NCBI RefSeq assembly: GCF_043778725.1
Contig: NZ_JAYWFT010000125.1
Span: 16,842 to 80,841 of the forward strand
Length of the DNA stretch: 64,000 bases
Direction of reading: 5' to 3'
DNA from: Flavobacterium sp.
Lineage (GTDB): Bacteria; Bacteroidota; Bacteroidia; Flavobacteriales; Flavobacteriaceae
Under the pieces are notes generated by a model that worked only from the letters and a program-made list of their open reading frames with translations, did no database searches and was not told the origin of the DNA. This document shows, in pieces, positions 27,296-37,072 of this stretch. Position numbers and translations under genes: made by a program. Numbering within the stretch: position 1 is the first letter of the stretch; every line of letters starts with the position of its first letter.

Positions 27296-28126
27296 ATGGA
27301 ATTCGAATTTAAAGAAACACTTTTGTACGTTGAAAATCTTAGCGTAGTATATGATGACGTTACCATTATTAAAGATATTAGTTTGGTTGAAAAAAATGTT
27401 GTCAGACCAAAATTCGATAACACCGGACAAGTTATCGCTTTTGTAGGAAGATCTGGAAGAGGAAAATCTACATTTTTTAAAACATTAACTGGTTTGGTTC
27501 AGCCCAATTCGGGTAAAATTTTAATCAAAGATTTTGAAAGCAATGAATTAAATGCTGCAAAACCTGTACGTGAAGGCGATATTGGATTTGTAGATCAAAA
27601 ATATACGTTGTTCCGACACAAAACGGTGCTTCAAACATTGAAATTTGCCTTGAGAAAAACTACTTTATCGGCTCAAGAACAAGAAACTAAAATCAATAAA
27701 TACGTCAAAGAATGGGGTTTGGAATCGTGTAAGGATAAATATCCAAACGAACTTTCTGGCGGACAACGACAACGAACAGCCATTATTGAACAGCTTTTTT
27801 CATCAGATAAATTAATAGTTTTAGACGAACCTTTTTCGGGATTAGATATTGGAAACATTGAAGAAGTAAAAAAATCATTCGAATTGCTAAGTTCTTCACA
27901 CGATTTAAATACCGTGATTTTCTCAACACATGATATTGAATTAGCAATTGAATTAGCTCAAGCGATTTACGTAATTGGTTATCCAACAGTTGGCGGAAAA
28001 AAGCAAACCTACGGAAGTATTGTTGCCAAATACGATTTACGTGAAATGGGAATTTGCTGGAAAGCAAAATGCGAAGACCACGATAAATTATACAAAGAAA
28101 TTGCGCTTCAAATGATGAATTCGTAA
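27296..28126 (+). CDS. ABC transporter ATP-binding protein, NitT/TauT family
   Basis: GRSGRGKST, YPNELSGGQRQR, IVLDEPFSGLD, STHDIELA. Confidence 0.9.
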   Translation: MEFEFKETLLYVENLSVVYDDVTIIKDISLVEKNVVRPKFDNTGQVIAFVGRSGRGKSTFFKTLTGLVQPNSGKILIKDFESNELNAAKPVREGDIGFVDQKYTLFRHKTVLQTLKFALRKTTLSAQEQETKINKYVKEWGLESCKDKYPNELSGGQRQRTAIIEQLFSSDKLIVLDEPFSGLDIGNIEEVKKSFELLSSSHDLNTVIFSTHDIELAIELAQAIYVIGYPTVGGKKQTYGSIVAKYDLREMGICWKAKCEDHDKLYKEIALQMMNS

Positions 28127-28152
28127 TTTAAATAACTAATAAAATTCTAAAT

Positions 28153-28184
28153 CCTGCAAGGTCTTTTTGATCTTGTAGGTTTTT
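28153..28184 (+). terminator. Hairpin after the ABC ATPase
   Basis: CCTGCAAG ... CTTGTAGG (one G-U pair) followed by TTTTT. Confidence 0.6.
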
Positions 28185-28198
28185 AATACCATTAAAAC

Positions 28199-29596
28199 AT
28201 GGGTTTTACAACAACTTTTTTACAACAATTAGAGCAAGAAACAATTTCAATCTTAGCGATATGTAAAGTTTTAAATGCTGATAATTTGTTTATTCAAAAA
28301 ATAAATGAACTTGTAAAATCAAATGCTGCAAACGGATTGTTATTCAAGGCAGAACATTTTTTTCTTTCCGATTGTATTTCAATTTATAGAAAATTGGGAG
28401 AAAAAGAAACCGAGAAATCGCAGTTTACCTTGGCTTATTACTATGATGTTTTACGCAACAATCATTTTGCGGATGCCAAAAATTTAGGTGAATTTGACAA
28501 ATTGGTCGCTTCACCAAATTTTAAAAATTTTCTCGAAAAAGTAAAAGTTGAAAACACAATTTCTACTATTAATTCAAGTGTTTTCATCAAAGTTTTATCA
28601 GAAAATAAAAACCCACAACTAGAAATAGTAGTTCAGCATTTTTATAAATTTCTATACTTTTCATTTGATAAATCTTTCGAAAAAAATGCTGTTGCAAATC
28701 AATTTTTCGAATCCAATTCAGATAAAAATCAACTTCCAAATGACGATTCATTAGAAAAAGTTCTTGCAGAATTGAATGAATTAATAGGTTTGGAAAACGT
28801 AAAAAAAGACGTTTCCGAATTAATAAATTTGTTAGAAATCCAAAAGAAACGAACTTTAGAAGGATTAAAAAATACCGAAATTACACTTCATACCGTATTT
28901 CTTGGTCCACCAGGAACTGGAAAAACTTCTGTCGCACGATTGTTAAGTAGAATTTTCAAACATTTAGGATTTCTATCCAAAGGACAATTAATTGAAACCG
29001 ACAGAGAAGGAATGATTGCCGGATTTGTTGGTCAGACGGCATTGAAAGTTGATAAAGTTGTAGAAGAAAGTTTAGGTGGCGTTTTGTTTATTGACGAAGC
29101 GTATGCTTTAACTCAAAATTCTTTGGGAAATGATTATGGCGCAGAAGCCGTAAACACTCTAATTAAAAGAATGGAAGATCACCGTGACGATTTGGCTTTG
29201 GTTGTTGCTGGTTACACCGAACCTATGAAGATTTTTGTAGAATCCAATCCGGGTTTGCGTTCAAGATTCAATCGTTTTTTCGAATTCAATCATTTTTCAC
29301 CTTCCGAATTGTTGCAGATTTTTGAATCTGTTGCAAAGAAATCTGATTTTGTAATTACCGATGATGCTAAAGAAAAACTCAATGACACTTTTGTTTTACT
29401 TCATGAAAAGAAAAATGAAAGCTTTGGGAATGCTCGTGTAGTAAGAAATCTTTTCGAAAAATGTGTTCAAAACCAAGCCAACCGAATTATCAAAATCAAA
29501 AAACTATCCAAAAAAACATTAAAAACGCTGACAGAAGAAGATATTCCAGAGCCAAATGAAACTCAAAATCATGTAGCTTTCGAAATTAAAGAATAA
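28199..29596 (+). CDS. AAA+ ATPase, SpoVK/CbbX-like, with an uncharacterised ~180-aa N-terminal domain
   Basis: LNELIGLENVK, HTVFLGPPGTGKTSVAR, GVLFIDEAY, NPGLRSRF, FGNARVVRNLFE. Confidence 0.88.
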   Translation: MGFTTTFLQQLEQETISILAICKVLNADNLFIQKINELVKSNAANGLLFKAEHFFLSDCISIYRKLGEKETEKSQFTLAYYYDVLRNNHFADAKNLGEFDKLVASPNFKNFLEKVKVENTISTINSSVFIKVLSENKNPQLEIVVQHFYKFLYFSFDKSFEKNAVANQFFESNSDKNQLPNDDSLEKVLAELNELIGLENVKKDVSELINLLEIQKKRTLEGLKNTEITLHTVFLGPPGTGKTSVARLLSRIFKHLGFLSKGQLIETDREGMIAGFVGQTALKVDKVVEESLGGVLFIDEAYALTQNSLGNDYGAEAVNTLIKRMEDHRDDLALVVAGYTEPMKIFVESNPGLRSRFNRFFEFNHFSPSELLQIFESVAKKSDFVITDDAKEKLNDTFVLLHEKKNESFGNARVVRNLFEKCVQNQANRIIKIKKLSKKTLKTLTEEDIPEPNETQNHVAFEIKE

Positions 29597-29687
29597 AATT
29601 TCAAGAAAATTGGTATCGCATTAAATTCATGTTAATTAGTGAAAATTTGTATCGAAAACCCTATTTTTACACCATAAAAAAATCACT

Positions 29688-31163
29688 TTGAGTTTATACA
29701 AAAATCTTTTTAAGCAGACTGCAATTTACGGCATTGCGATGGTGCTTCCGCGAATGTTGAGTTTTTTTTTGGTGCGATTGTATACAGATGTTCTTCCTAA
29801 TCCTTCCGATTATGGCAATTTAACTATAGTTTTATCTTACATGGTTTTTCTTAACGTAGTTTTATCCTACGGATTTGAAACAGCTTTCTTCCGATTTTAT
29901 AATTCGGAATCTGATAAAAATAAAGTAATTAGAACAGCAACAACTTCCATTTTTTTTACAACAACAATTTTTTTGGTCGTAGCACTTTTGTTTAGAAATA
30001 CAATAGCAAAATGTGTCGAATTAAATGTAGCGTTTATCACTTATTCTATTTGGATTTTGGCATTAGATGCTTTAGTGGTTATTCCATTTTCTAAACTACG
30101 AGCCAACCAAAGACCAATAAAGTATGCGGTTTTAAAAATAGGAAATGTAATTATCAATCTAGCATTTAATTTTTTCTTTCTCTTAATTCTACCAAACATT
30201 GCAAAAAATAATCCGGGAAGTTTTATAGATACTATTTACTTTAAGGATTTTGAAGTTTGCTATATTTTAATTGCTAATATTATAGCTAGTCTATTGACTT
30301 TAGTTGTTTTATCTCCAGATTATTTTTCTATGAAGTGGGAAATAGATAAAGAACTATGGAAGAAAATGATAAAATATGGAATGCCAATTCTTGTTGCTGG
30401 GATTGCATTTGCTATAAACGAGCACTTAGATAAAATTTTACTTAGTAAAATCTTGCCATTTAAAATCGCCGCTGCTGAAGTTGGAGCGTATTCGGCTTGC
30501 TATAAGATTGGATTATTTATGGTTTTATTTCGTACGGCATATACATTGGGTATTGAGCCATTTTTTTTCAGTCATGCAGGTAATGAAAACGCACCACAAA
30601 CTTACGCAACAATCACAAGATATTTCGTGATTTTTGGTTCATTTATGTCATTAGGTATAATTGTTTTTGCCGACGTCATTAAAATTTTATTATTAGATAA
30701 TCCTCAATATTGGGATGCTATGAAAATTGTTCCATTAATTATTTTTGCAAATTTCTTTTTGGGAATTTATACTAATCTTTCGGTTTGGTATAAGATAAAA
30801 GATAAGACAAAAATTGGAGCATATATTTCAATTGTAGGCGCAATTGTAACATTGGGATTAAACTTTATTTTAATACCATACATCAGTTATTTAGGCTCTG
30901 CAATTGCAACCATTGCTGCATATGGCAGTATGATGTTTATTTCTTATCGATTAGGACAAAAACACTATCCAATTCCATACGATTTAAATAAAATAGTTAG
31001 TTATTTAGGAATTGCAATTGTGCTATCGTCATTATCATTTTATATTCCAATATTTAGAAAAACCTATATCTTTGGGATACTATCACTCATCTTTTTTGGA
31101 TATTATACATATAAAAACGAGAGAAGTCTTATTCTAAGAATTCTAAAACGTAAAAATAAATAA
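29688..31163 (+). CDS. Polysaccharide/oligosaccharide flippase (Wzx/MOP family)
   Basis: LFKQTAIYG start, [10 protein letters not shown], about 14 TM segments; TTG start. Confidence 0.8.
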   Translation: MSLYKNLFKQTAIYGIAMVLPRMLSFFLVRLYTDVLPNPSDYGNLTIVLSYMVFLNVVLSYGFETAFFRFYNSESDKNKVIRTATTSIFFTTTIFLVVALLFRNTIAKCVELNVAFITYSIWILALDALVVIPFSKLRANQRPIKYAVLKIGNVIINLAFNFFFLLILPNIAKNNPGSFIDTIYFKDFEVCYILIANIIASLLTLVVLSPDYFSMKWEIDKELWKKMIKYGMPILVAGIAFAINEHLDKILLSKILPFKIAAAEVGAYSACYKIGLFMVLFRTAYTLGIEPFFFSHAGNENAPQTYATITRYFVIFGSFMSLGIIVFADVIKILLLDNPQYWDAMKIVPLIIFANFFLGIYTNLSVWYKIKDKTKIGAYISIVGAIVTLGLNFILIPYISYLGSAIATIAAYGSMMFISYRLGQKHYPIPYDLNKIVSYLGIAIVLSSLSFYIPIFRKTYIFGILSLIFFGYYTYKNERSLILRILKRKNK

Positions 31164-31177
31164 AAGATAAAATATTT

Positions 31178-31612
31178 ATGACCATTAAAATAATCAATAA
31201 ATCAACGCACGATTTACCTAATTACGAAACTATCGCTTCGGCAGGAATGGATTTACGTGCCAATATATTAGAACCAATTACATTAAAATCATTAGAGAGA
31301 ACTATTGTAAAAACAGGACTTTTTATTGAGTTACCAATAGGTTACGAAGCACAAGTAAGACCAAGAAGTGGATTGGCTGCCAAAAAAGGAGTTACCGTTT
31401 TAAATTCTCCAGGAACAGTCGATGCCGATTATCGTGGTGAAATTGGAGTAATTTTAGTAAATTTATCCAATGAAGATTTTGTAATTGAAAACGGCGAACG
31501 TATTGCACAATTAATTATTGCTAAACACGAACGTGCAGAGTGGATTGAAGTTCAAGAGTTATCCGAAACTTCTAGAGGTGAAGGCGGTTTTGGTAGTACT
31601 GGAATTAAATAG
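31178..31612 (+). CDS. dut: dUTP diphosphatase
   Basis: [40 protein letters not shown]. Confidence 0.97.
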   Translation: MTIKIINKSTHDLPNYETIASAGMDLRANILEPITLKSLERTIVKTGLFIELPIGYEAQVRPRSGLAAKKGVTVLNSPGTVDADYRGEIGVILVNLSNEDFVIENGERIAQLIIAKHERAEWIEVQELSETSRGEGGFGSTGIK

Positions 31613-31700
31613 TGGGCAGTGCTCAGTCGCAGTAAGCAGTTTTAAAAAAAAATTTAAAGTATACAGTTAAGTCTTAATACATAAATCTTAATACTAAAAA

Positions 31701-32711
31701 ATGAAAATAATAGTTCCAATGGCAGGTCGTGGTTCAAGATTGCGTCCTCATACATTAACAATTCCGAAACCATTAATTCCTATTGCTGGAAAACCAATTG
31801 TACACCGATTGGTTGAAGATATTGCCGCAGTTTTAAATCAAGAAATTGAAGAAGTTGCCTTTATCATTCACGAAAGTTTTGGTAAAAAAGTAGAAGAAGA
31901 ACTAATTGCAATTGCTCAAAAATTAGGCGCAAGAGGAACAATTTATTATCAAAATGAAGCACTTGGAACTGGTCATGCCATTATGTGTGCTAAAGATTCG
32001 CTAAGTGGTTCGGCAGTTATTGCGTATGCAGATACTTTAATTCGTGCCGATTTCGATTTGGATAAAACTGCCGATAGCGTTATTTGGGTAAAACAAGTTG
32101 ATCAACCAGAGGCTTTTGGAGTAATAAATTTAAACGAAAACAATGAGATAATTGAACTTGTTGAAAAACCAAAAGAATTCGTTTCTGATTTGGCCGTTAT
32201 TGGAATATACTATTTCAAAGATGTAGCCGTTTTAAAGAATGAATTGCAGTTAGTTCTAGATAACAACATTATTCATGGTGGCGAATATCAAATTAATGAT
32301 GGAATTAAACAAATGATGGCAAAAGGCATGAAATTTGTACCAGGAAAAGTGGACGAATGGATGGATTGCGGAAATAAAGATGTTACTGTAGATACCAATA
32401 ATAGAATGTTGAATTTCTTGCACAATGACGGAATTCACCTAATTGATTATGATGTAAAACAAGAAAATTCAAACATAATTCCGCCATGTTATATTGGTAA
32501 AGATGTAGTTTTAATTAATGCTACTGTCGGTCCAAATGTTTCGCTTGGAGATGGATGTCATGTTCAAAATAGTAGTATTAAAAATAGTTTAGTACAAACG
32601 CATGCACACATAAAAAATGCCAATTTAGATAATGCCATGATAGGAAATCATGCTAGTTTTGATGGTAATTTTACAAGTATCAGCATTGGAGATTATTCGA
32701 TTTTAGAATAA
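31701..32711 (+). CDS. Sugar-phosphate nucleotidyltransferase
   Basis: PMAGRGSRLRPHT..PKPL, QNEALGTGHA, VEKP, C-terminal left-handed beta-helix. Confidence 0.88.
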   Translation: MKIIVPMAGRGSRLRPHTLTIPKPLIPIAGKPIVHRLVEDIAAVLNQEIEEVAFIIHESFGKKVEEELIAIAQKLGARGTIYYQNEALGTGHAIMCAKDSLSGSAVIAYADTLIRADFDLDKTADSVIWVKQVDQPEAFGVINLNENNEIIELVEKPKEFVSDLAVIGIYYFKDVAVLKNELQLVLDNNIIHGGEYQINDGIKQMMAKGMKFVPGKVDEWMDCGNKDVTVDTNNRMLNFLHNDGIHLIDYDVKQENSNIIPPCYIGKDVVLINATVGPNVSLGDGCHVQNSSIKNSLVQTHAHIKNANLDNAMIGNHASFDGNFTSISIGDYSILE

Positions 32712-32763
32712 ATTTACGTTTCCTAAAATGGTTTTTAAACTAATTAGGAATTATAAAAAGCAG

Positions 32764-34116
32764 ATGAAAAAAACAGTTTTATTTAGTTTCCTTTTCGGAA
32801 TATTTTTTGTTCCAATTTCTCTTTGGGCTCAAACCGAACCTAAAGATACATTGGCATTGGCAGAAAACAAGTTTGAAGAATCTTTTTATGAATCACTGAA
32901 GCAAAAAGGAATTCAAAACTATGACAAAGCTGTTGATGCTTTAGAAAAATGTCAAAACTTGCAACCCAACAATGCGGTAGTTTATTTTGAATTAGGTAAA
33001 AATTATTTAGCCGATAAAAAATACCCTCAAGCCTACGAAAATTTCGAAAAAGCAACCAAAATTGATCCAACCAACAGATGGTATTGGAACGGAATGTACG
33101 ATGTAACTTATGAAACTCATGACTACAACAAATCTATTTTAATTGTTGAAAAATTGATTGAGTTTAAGCCAGATTTTAAAGAAGATTTAGTATCGCTTTA
33201 CATGAATACGCAACAGTTTGACAAAGCTTTAGACTTGATAAATGAGCTAAACGAAACCGTAGGAAAATCTGAAAAAAGAGAATTATACAAAGCAGATATT
33301 CTTCGTGATGCCAAATATCAAGGTTCGGAAAAAGCCAATCTTATTGATAAAATAAAAAAGAATCCAAAAGATGAAGCCAATTATATAGCTTTAATTTATA
33401 TGTATTCACAAAGTAATCAAGAAGAAAAAGCACTTGAAATAGCCAAACAATTAGAAAAAGAAATTCCAACATCAGACTGGGCACAAGTGAGTTTGTTTAA
33501 ATTTCATTTAAATAACAATGATGGAGAAAAAGCTGTAAAAGCTATGAATATTGTTTTTGCAAGTGATAAAATAGATAAGAAAATAAAACATAGAATGTTG
33601 AACGAATTCTTACTGTTTACAAGAAATAATCCGCAATATGATAAAGATTTAGAAAAAGCTATTGGTTATTTTGACAACGATAAAGAAGTAAAAGTTGCTA
33701 AAGAAATTGGTAAATTTTATCAAGCCAAAAAAGATTGGAATAATGCGATTAAATACTATGAAATGCATTTAAAAAGTACAAGTGACGACATGGATACCAT
33801 TTTGTTATTGATGCAAGCTTTTACAGAAAGCCAACAATTTGAAAAATTAGCCAAGGCGTCTGATGGGCAAATGCAATTGTTTCCTACGCAACCACAACTA
33901 TATTATTATAACGGACTAGCAAACAATCAATTAAAAAACTATAAAAAAGCAAAGGATATTTTAGAATCTGGAATAGATTTTATTGTCGATGATGTGATTT
34001 TAGAAATAAATTTTAACCTTCAACTTGGTGAAGCATTCAATGGATTGGGCGATATGAAAAAGAAAGACACCTATTTTAGTAAAGCAAACGAATTGATAAA
34101 TAAGCAAAAAAAATAA
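32764..34116 (+). CDS. Exported TPR-repeat protein
   Basis: Signal peptide from MKKTVLF (ATG 32764), repeated TPR patterns (A..YFELGKNY, LYYYNGLA). Confidence 0.8.
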   Translation: MKKTVLFSFLFGIFFVPISLWAQTEPKDTLALAENKFEESFYESLKQKGIQNYDKAVDALEKCQNLQPNNAVVYFELGKNYLADKKYPQAYENFEKATKIDPTNRWYWNGMYDVTYETHDYNKSILIVEKLIEFKPDFKEDLVSLYMNTQQFDKALDLINELNETVGKSEKRELYKADILRDAKYQGSEKANLIDKIKKNPKDEANYIALIYMYSQSNQEEKALEIAKQLEKEIPTSDWAQVSLFKFHLNNNDGEKAVKAMNIVFASDKIDKKIKHRMLNEFLLFTRNNPQYDKDLEKAIGYFDNDKEVKVAKEIGKFYQAKKDWNNAIKYYEMHLKSTSDDMDTILLLMQAFTESQQFEKLAKASDGQMQLFPTQPQLYYYNGLANNQLKNYKKAKDILESGIDFIVDDVILEINFNLQLGEAFNGLGDMKKKDTYFSKANELINKQKK

Positions 34117-34147
34117 TATTAAAAACTCCTTTTTTAGAAACAATTTA

Positions 34148-34921
34148 ATGAAAAAATATTTAGCAATTTTAATGATTATTGTACTTTCTTCTTGCAAGTC
34201 TAAAGCGGTTTTATCCGAAGGAACTGCGAGTAGTACAATTTTGGCAGAAAAAATTATTGAAAACCATTACAACAATAAAACCAATTTTTCTACATTATAT
34301 ATAAAATCAAGTGCACGATATCAAGACGATAAACAAACGCAGAATGTACAAGCAGAAATAAAGATTAAGAAAGACGAAAAAATATTGGTAAGCATTCGTG
34401 TTCTTGGTTTTACAATGGCAAAAGCATTAATTACGCCAACATCTGTTCAGTATTATGAAAAGATAGGAAATAAATATTTTGAAGGCGATTATGCTGGATT
34501 GAGCAATTGGCTTGGCACCGATTTAGATTTTCAAAAAGTACAAAACATGTTGCTAGGAAAAGCAATGGACGATTTACATAAAGGAAAATATGTTGTTTCT
34601 ATAATGGAAAAATTGTATAAACTAGAGGGAAACTCTGATGCTAAAACCAATAAATCATTTTTCTTTGAAGGCGAAAATTTTTTATTGAAAAGACAAGAAA
34701 TAAATCAAGTTTTACAAGAAAGAACAATGCAAGTTGCCTATCCAGATTATAAAAAATACGATGAAATGATTTTACCATTATCTTTGGCAATTGATGCTAG
34801 ACAGAAAGAGGGAAAAACCAATATTGATATAGAATATAAAACAGCAACATTCAACGAAGACCTTTCTTTTCCTTACAGTGTTCCAGAAGGTTATGAACGA
34901 ATTTACATTGACAAGAATTAA
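34148..34921 (+). CDS. DUF4292-family lipoprotein
   Basis: Lipobox LSSC; EKILVSIRVLGFTMAKALITP..VQYYEK; WLGTDLDFQKVQNML. Confidence 0.8.
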   Translation: MKKYLAILMIIVLSSCKSKAVLSEGTASSTILAEKIIENHYNNKTNFSTLYIKSSARYQDDKQTQNVQAEIKIKKDEKILVSIRVLGFTMAKALITPTSVQYYEKIGNKYFEGDYAGLSNWLGTDLDFQKVQNMLLGKAMDDLHKGKYVVSIMEKLYKLEGNSDAKTNKSFFFEGENFLLKRQEINQVLQERTMQVAYPDYKKYDEMILPLSLAIDARQKEGKTNIDIEYKTATFNEDLSFPYSVPEGYERIYIDKN

Positions 34922-34927
34922 TAAAAG

Positions 34928-36181
34928 ATGCAAAAAAAAATAATTACCTTACTTTTTATTTGTTTAACTTCATTGGCATGGAGCCAACAAACGCAAGAAG
35001 AACTTGAACAAAGGAAATCTAAAATTCAAGATGAAATTCGTGAAAAAGAAAAGATGCTTCAAGAGGTTAGAGGACAAGAAAAATCGGTTGGAAAACTGTT
35101 GCAAATTCAGAAGGAAAAAATTGGATTAAAAGAAAAATTAATTAATACTACAGAAAAACAAACCAAGTTGTTGAGTAACGATATGTACATTAATCAGGTT
35201 CAAATTAATAAATTGAAAAAAGATTTAGTGGTTTTAAAAGATGACTATGCAGAAATGATTTTGAAATCATACAAAAGTCGCTCACAACAAAGTAGAGTTA
35301 TGTTTATGTTGTCTTCAGAAAACTTCTTGCAAGCCTACAAAAGGTTGCAATACATGAAGCAATACTCAAGTTATAGAAAGATGCAAGGCGATGAGATTAA
35401 AGATAAATCTACAAAATTATCGGACTATAATGCTAAATTAAGCGGACAAAAAACCGAAAAAGTAAAACTGCTTGGAGAGCAAGAAAAACAACGTCAAGAT
35501 CTAGAAAAAGAAAAAATTGAGCAAGAAAAAATAGCCAATAGTTTAAAGAAAAGTAAAAAACAAATTACTGCCGAAATCAAGAAAAAGCAACAAGAATCTA
35601 AGAGAATTGATGCTCAAATTCAAAAAATGATTAGAGAAGCAATTGCAGAAGCAAATAGAAAAACTGCTGCTGCTAAAGCTAAAGCAAGCCCAAAAACTAC
35701 AACAGCCGCCGAAACAAAAAAAATAGAATCTTCTACCAAAATTGTATTAACACCAGAAGGACAATTAATATCTAATAACTTTAAAGCCAATAAAGGACGT
35801 TTACCTTGGCCAGTAGAAAAAGGTGATATTACATCAAGCTATGGCGACCAACCGCATCCTGTATATCCATCAATTAGAGTTCATAATAGCGGAATTGATA
35901 TTACAACCGAATCTGGAGCTTCTGCTAGAGCCGTTTTTGGTGGCGAAGTAACTCAAGTTCAAATGATTTCTCCGCTCAAAAAAGCGGTTATTATTAAACA
36001 TGGAGATTTTTTCACAATTTATCAAAACCTTAGTACTGTTAATGTTAGTGTAGGAGATAAGGTTGTTGCTAAACAAAATATAGGGAAAATACGAACGGAT
36101 TCCGATGGTAAAACAATTCTTAAATTTATGATTTCTCAAAATACAATACCAAACAATCCATCTCCTTGGTTAAGTAGATAG
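34928..36181 (+). CDS. Murein hydrolase activator EnvC-like (coiled coil plus degenerate M23 domain)
   Basis: Signal peptide, long coiled coil, KGRLPWPV, SGIDI, VIIKHG..FTIYQNL. Confidence 0.85.
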   Translation: MQKKIITLLFICLTSLAWSQQTQEELEQRKSKIQDEIREKEKMLQEVRGQEKSVGKLLQIQKEKIGLKEKLINTTEKQTKLLSNDMYINQVQINKLKKDLVVLKDDYAEMILKSYKSRSQQSRVMFMLSSENFLQAYKRLQYMKQYSSYRKMQGDEIKDKSTKLSDYNAKLSGQKTEKVKLLGEQEKQRQDLEKEKIEQEKIANSLKKSKKQITAEIKKKQQESKRIDAQIQKMIREAIAEANRKTAAAKAKASPKTTTAAETKKIESSTKIVLTPEGQLISNNFKANKGRLPWPVEKGDITSSYGDQPHPVYPSIRVHNSGIDITTESGASARAVFGGEVTQVQMISPLKKAVIIKHGDFFTIYQNLSTVNVSVGDKVVAKQNIGKIRTDSDGKTILKFMISQNTIPNNPSPWLSR

Positions 36182-36311
36182 TAACTTATTGATGATAAAA
36201 CTTAATGGAAATATTTAGTATTATTTGTAAAGTCAAATAGCCTTGTTTTAGTATCACAAAAATAGGGTAACACTATAATTTAAGGTAATTTGGTGTAAAA
36301 ATTTATGCATT

Positions 36312-36338
36312 AAAACAGGTTTTAGTTAACCTGTTTTT
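36312..36338. terminator. Bidirectional terminator between convergent genes
   Basis: AAAACAGGTT-TTAGTT-AACCTGTTTT. Confidence 0.75.
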
Positions 36339-36986
36339 TTATTTTTCTCCATCCCATTCACTATAAAATTGTGAAAGATAAATTTCCATAAATTGATGTC
36401 TTTGTTGCGCTATTTTTTTGCCAGTATTGGTATTCATTTTGTCTTTTAGCAACAATAATTTTTCATAAAAATGATTTAATGTAGGCGATTCATTCTTCTT
36501 ATATTCTTGCCTGCTCATAGAAAGATTAGGAGCAATTTCTGGATCATAAAGAGGCCTATTTTTAAAACCACCATAATTAAATGTTCTAGCAATTCCAATA
36601 GCTCCAATAGCATCTAGTCTATCAGCATCTTGAACAATTTCTAATTCTTTGGAAGTGAATTTCTTTTCGAAATTTCCTCCTTTAAACGAGATATTCTCTA
36701 TAATGTTTATCACATGAAGTATGATTTGTTCAGATGCGTTTTGCGATTCCAGAAACTCACGAGCCACTTTTGGACCAACCGTTTCATCGCCATCATTAAA
36801 CTTACTATCTGCAATATCATGAAGCAAGGCTCCAAGTTTTACAATTTCTAAATCACATTGTTCTCCATCGGCAATTAGCAAAGCATTTTTATAAACACGT
36901 TGCATGTGAAACCAGTCATGACCTGCTTCGGCACCTTTTAATTTTTCTTTTACAAAAAGAATAGTGTTGTCAATTAAATTATTCAT
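36339..36986 (-). CDS. HD-domain phosphohydrolase
   Basis: GHDWFH, ALLHDIAD, VQDADRLDAIGAIGIARTF, HFYEKLL. Confidence 0.9.
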   Translation of the reverse strand: MNNLIDNTILFVKEKLKGAEAGHDWFHMQRVYKNALLIADGEQCDLEIVKLGALLHDIADSKFNDGDETVGPKVAREFLESQNASEQIILHVINIIENISFKGGNFEKKFTSKELEIVQDADRLDAIGAIGIARTFNYGGFKNRPLYDPEIAPNLSMSRQEYKKNESPTLNHFYEKLLLLKDKMNTNTGKKIAQQRHQFMEIYLSQFYSEWDGEK

Positions 36987-37000
36987 AGTGCTTTTATAAA

Positions 37001-37041
37001 AAATTCCAAACTCAAAAAAAAAGTATTGGAGTTTGGAATTT
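37001..37041 (-). terminator. Terminator downstream of the desaturase
   Basis: 13-bp stem AAATTCCAAACTC/GAGTTTGGAATTT with a T-tract on the minus strand. Confidence 0.7.
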
Positions 37042-37072
37042 CGGAATTTTTAATATTGAAAATTAAACTTAT

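Noticed and set aside
29688-36181. Flippase-dut-nucleotidyltransferase-TPR-DUF4292-EnvC-like cluster as a novel system
   Set aside because: Reads as ordinary conserved Bacteroidota core synteny, with no signs of recent acquisition
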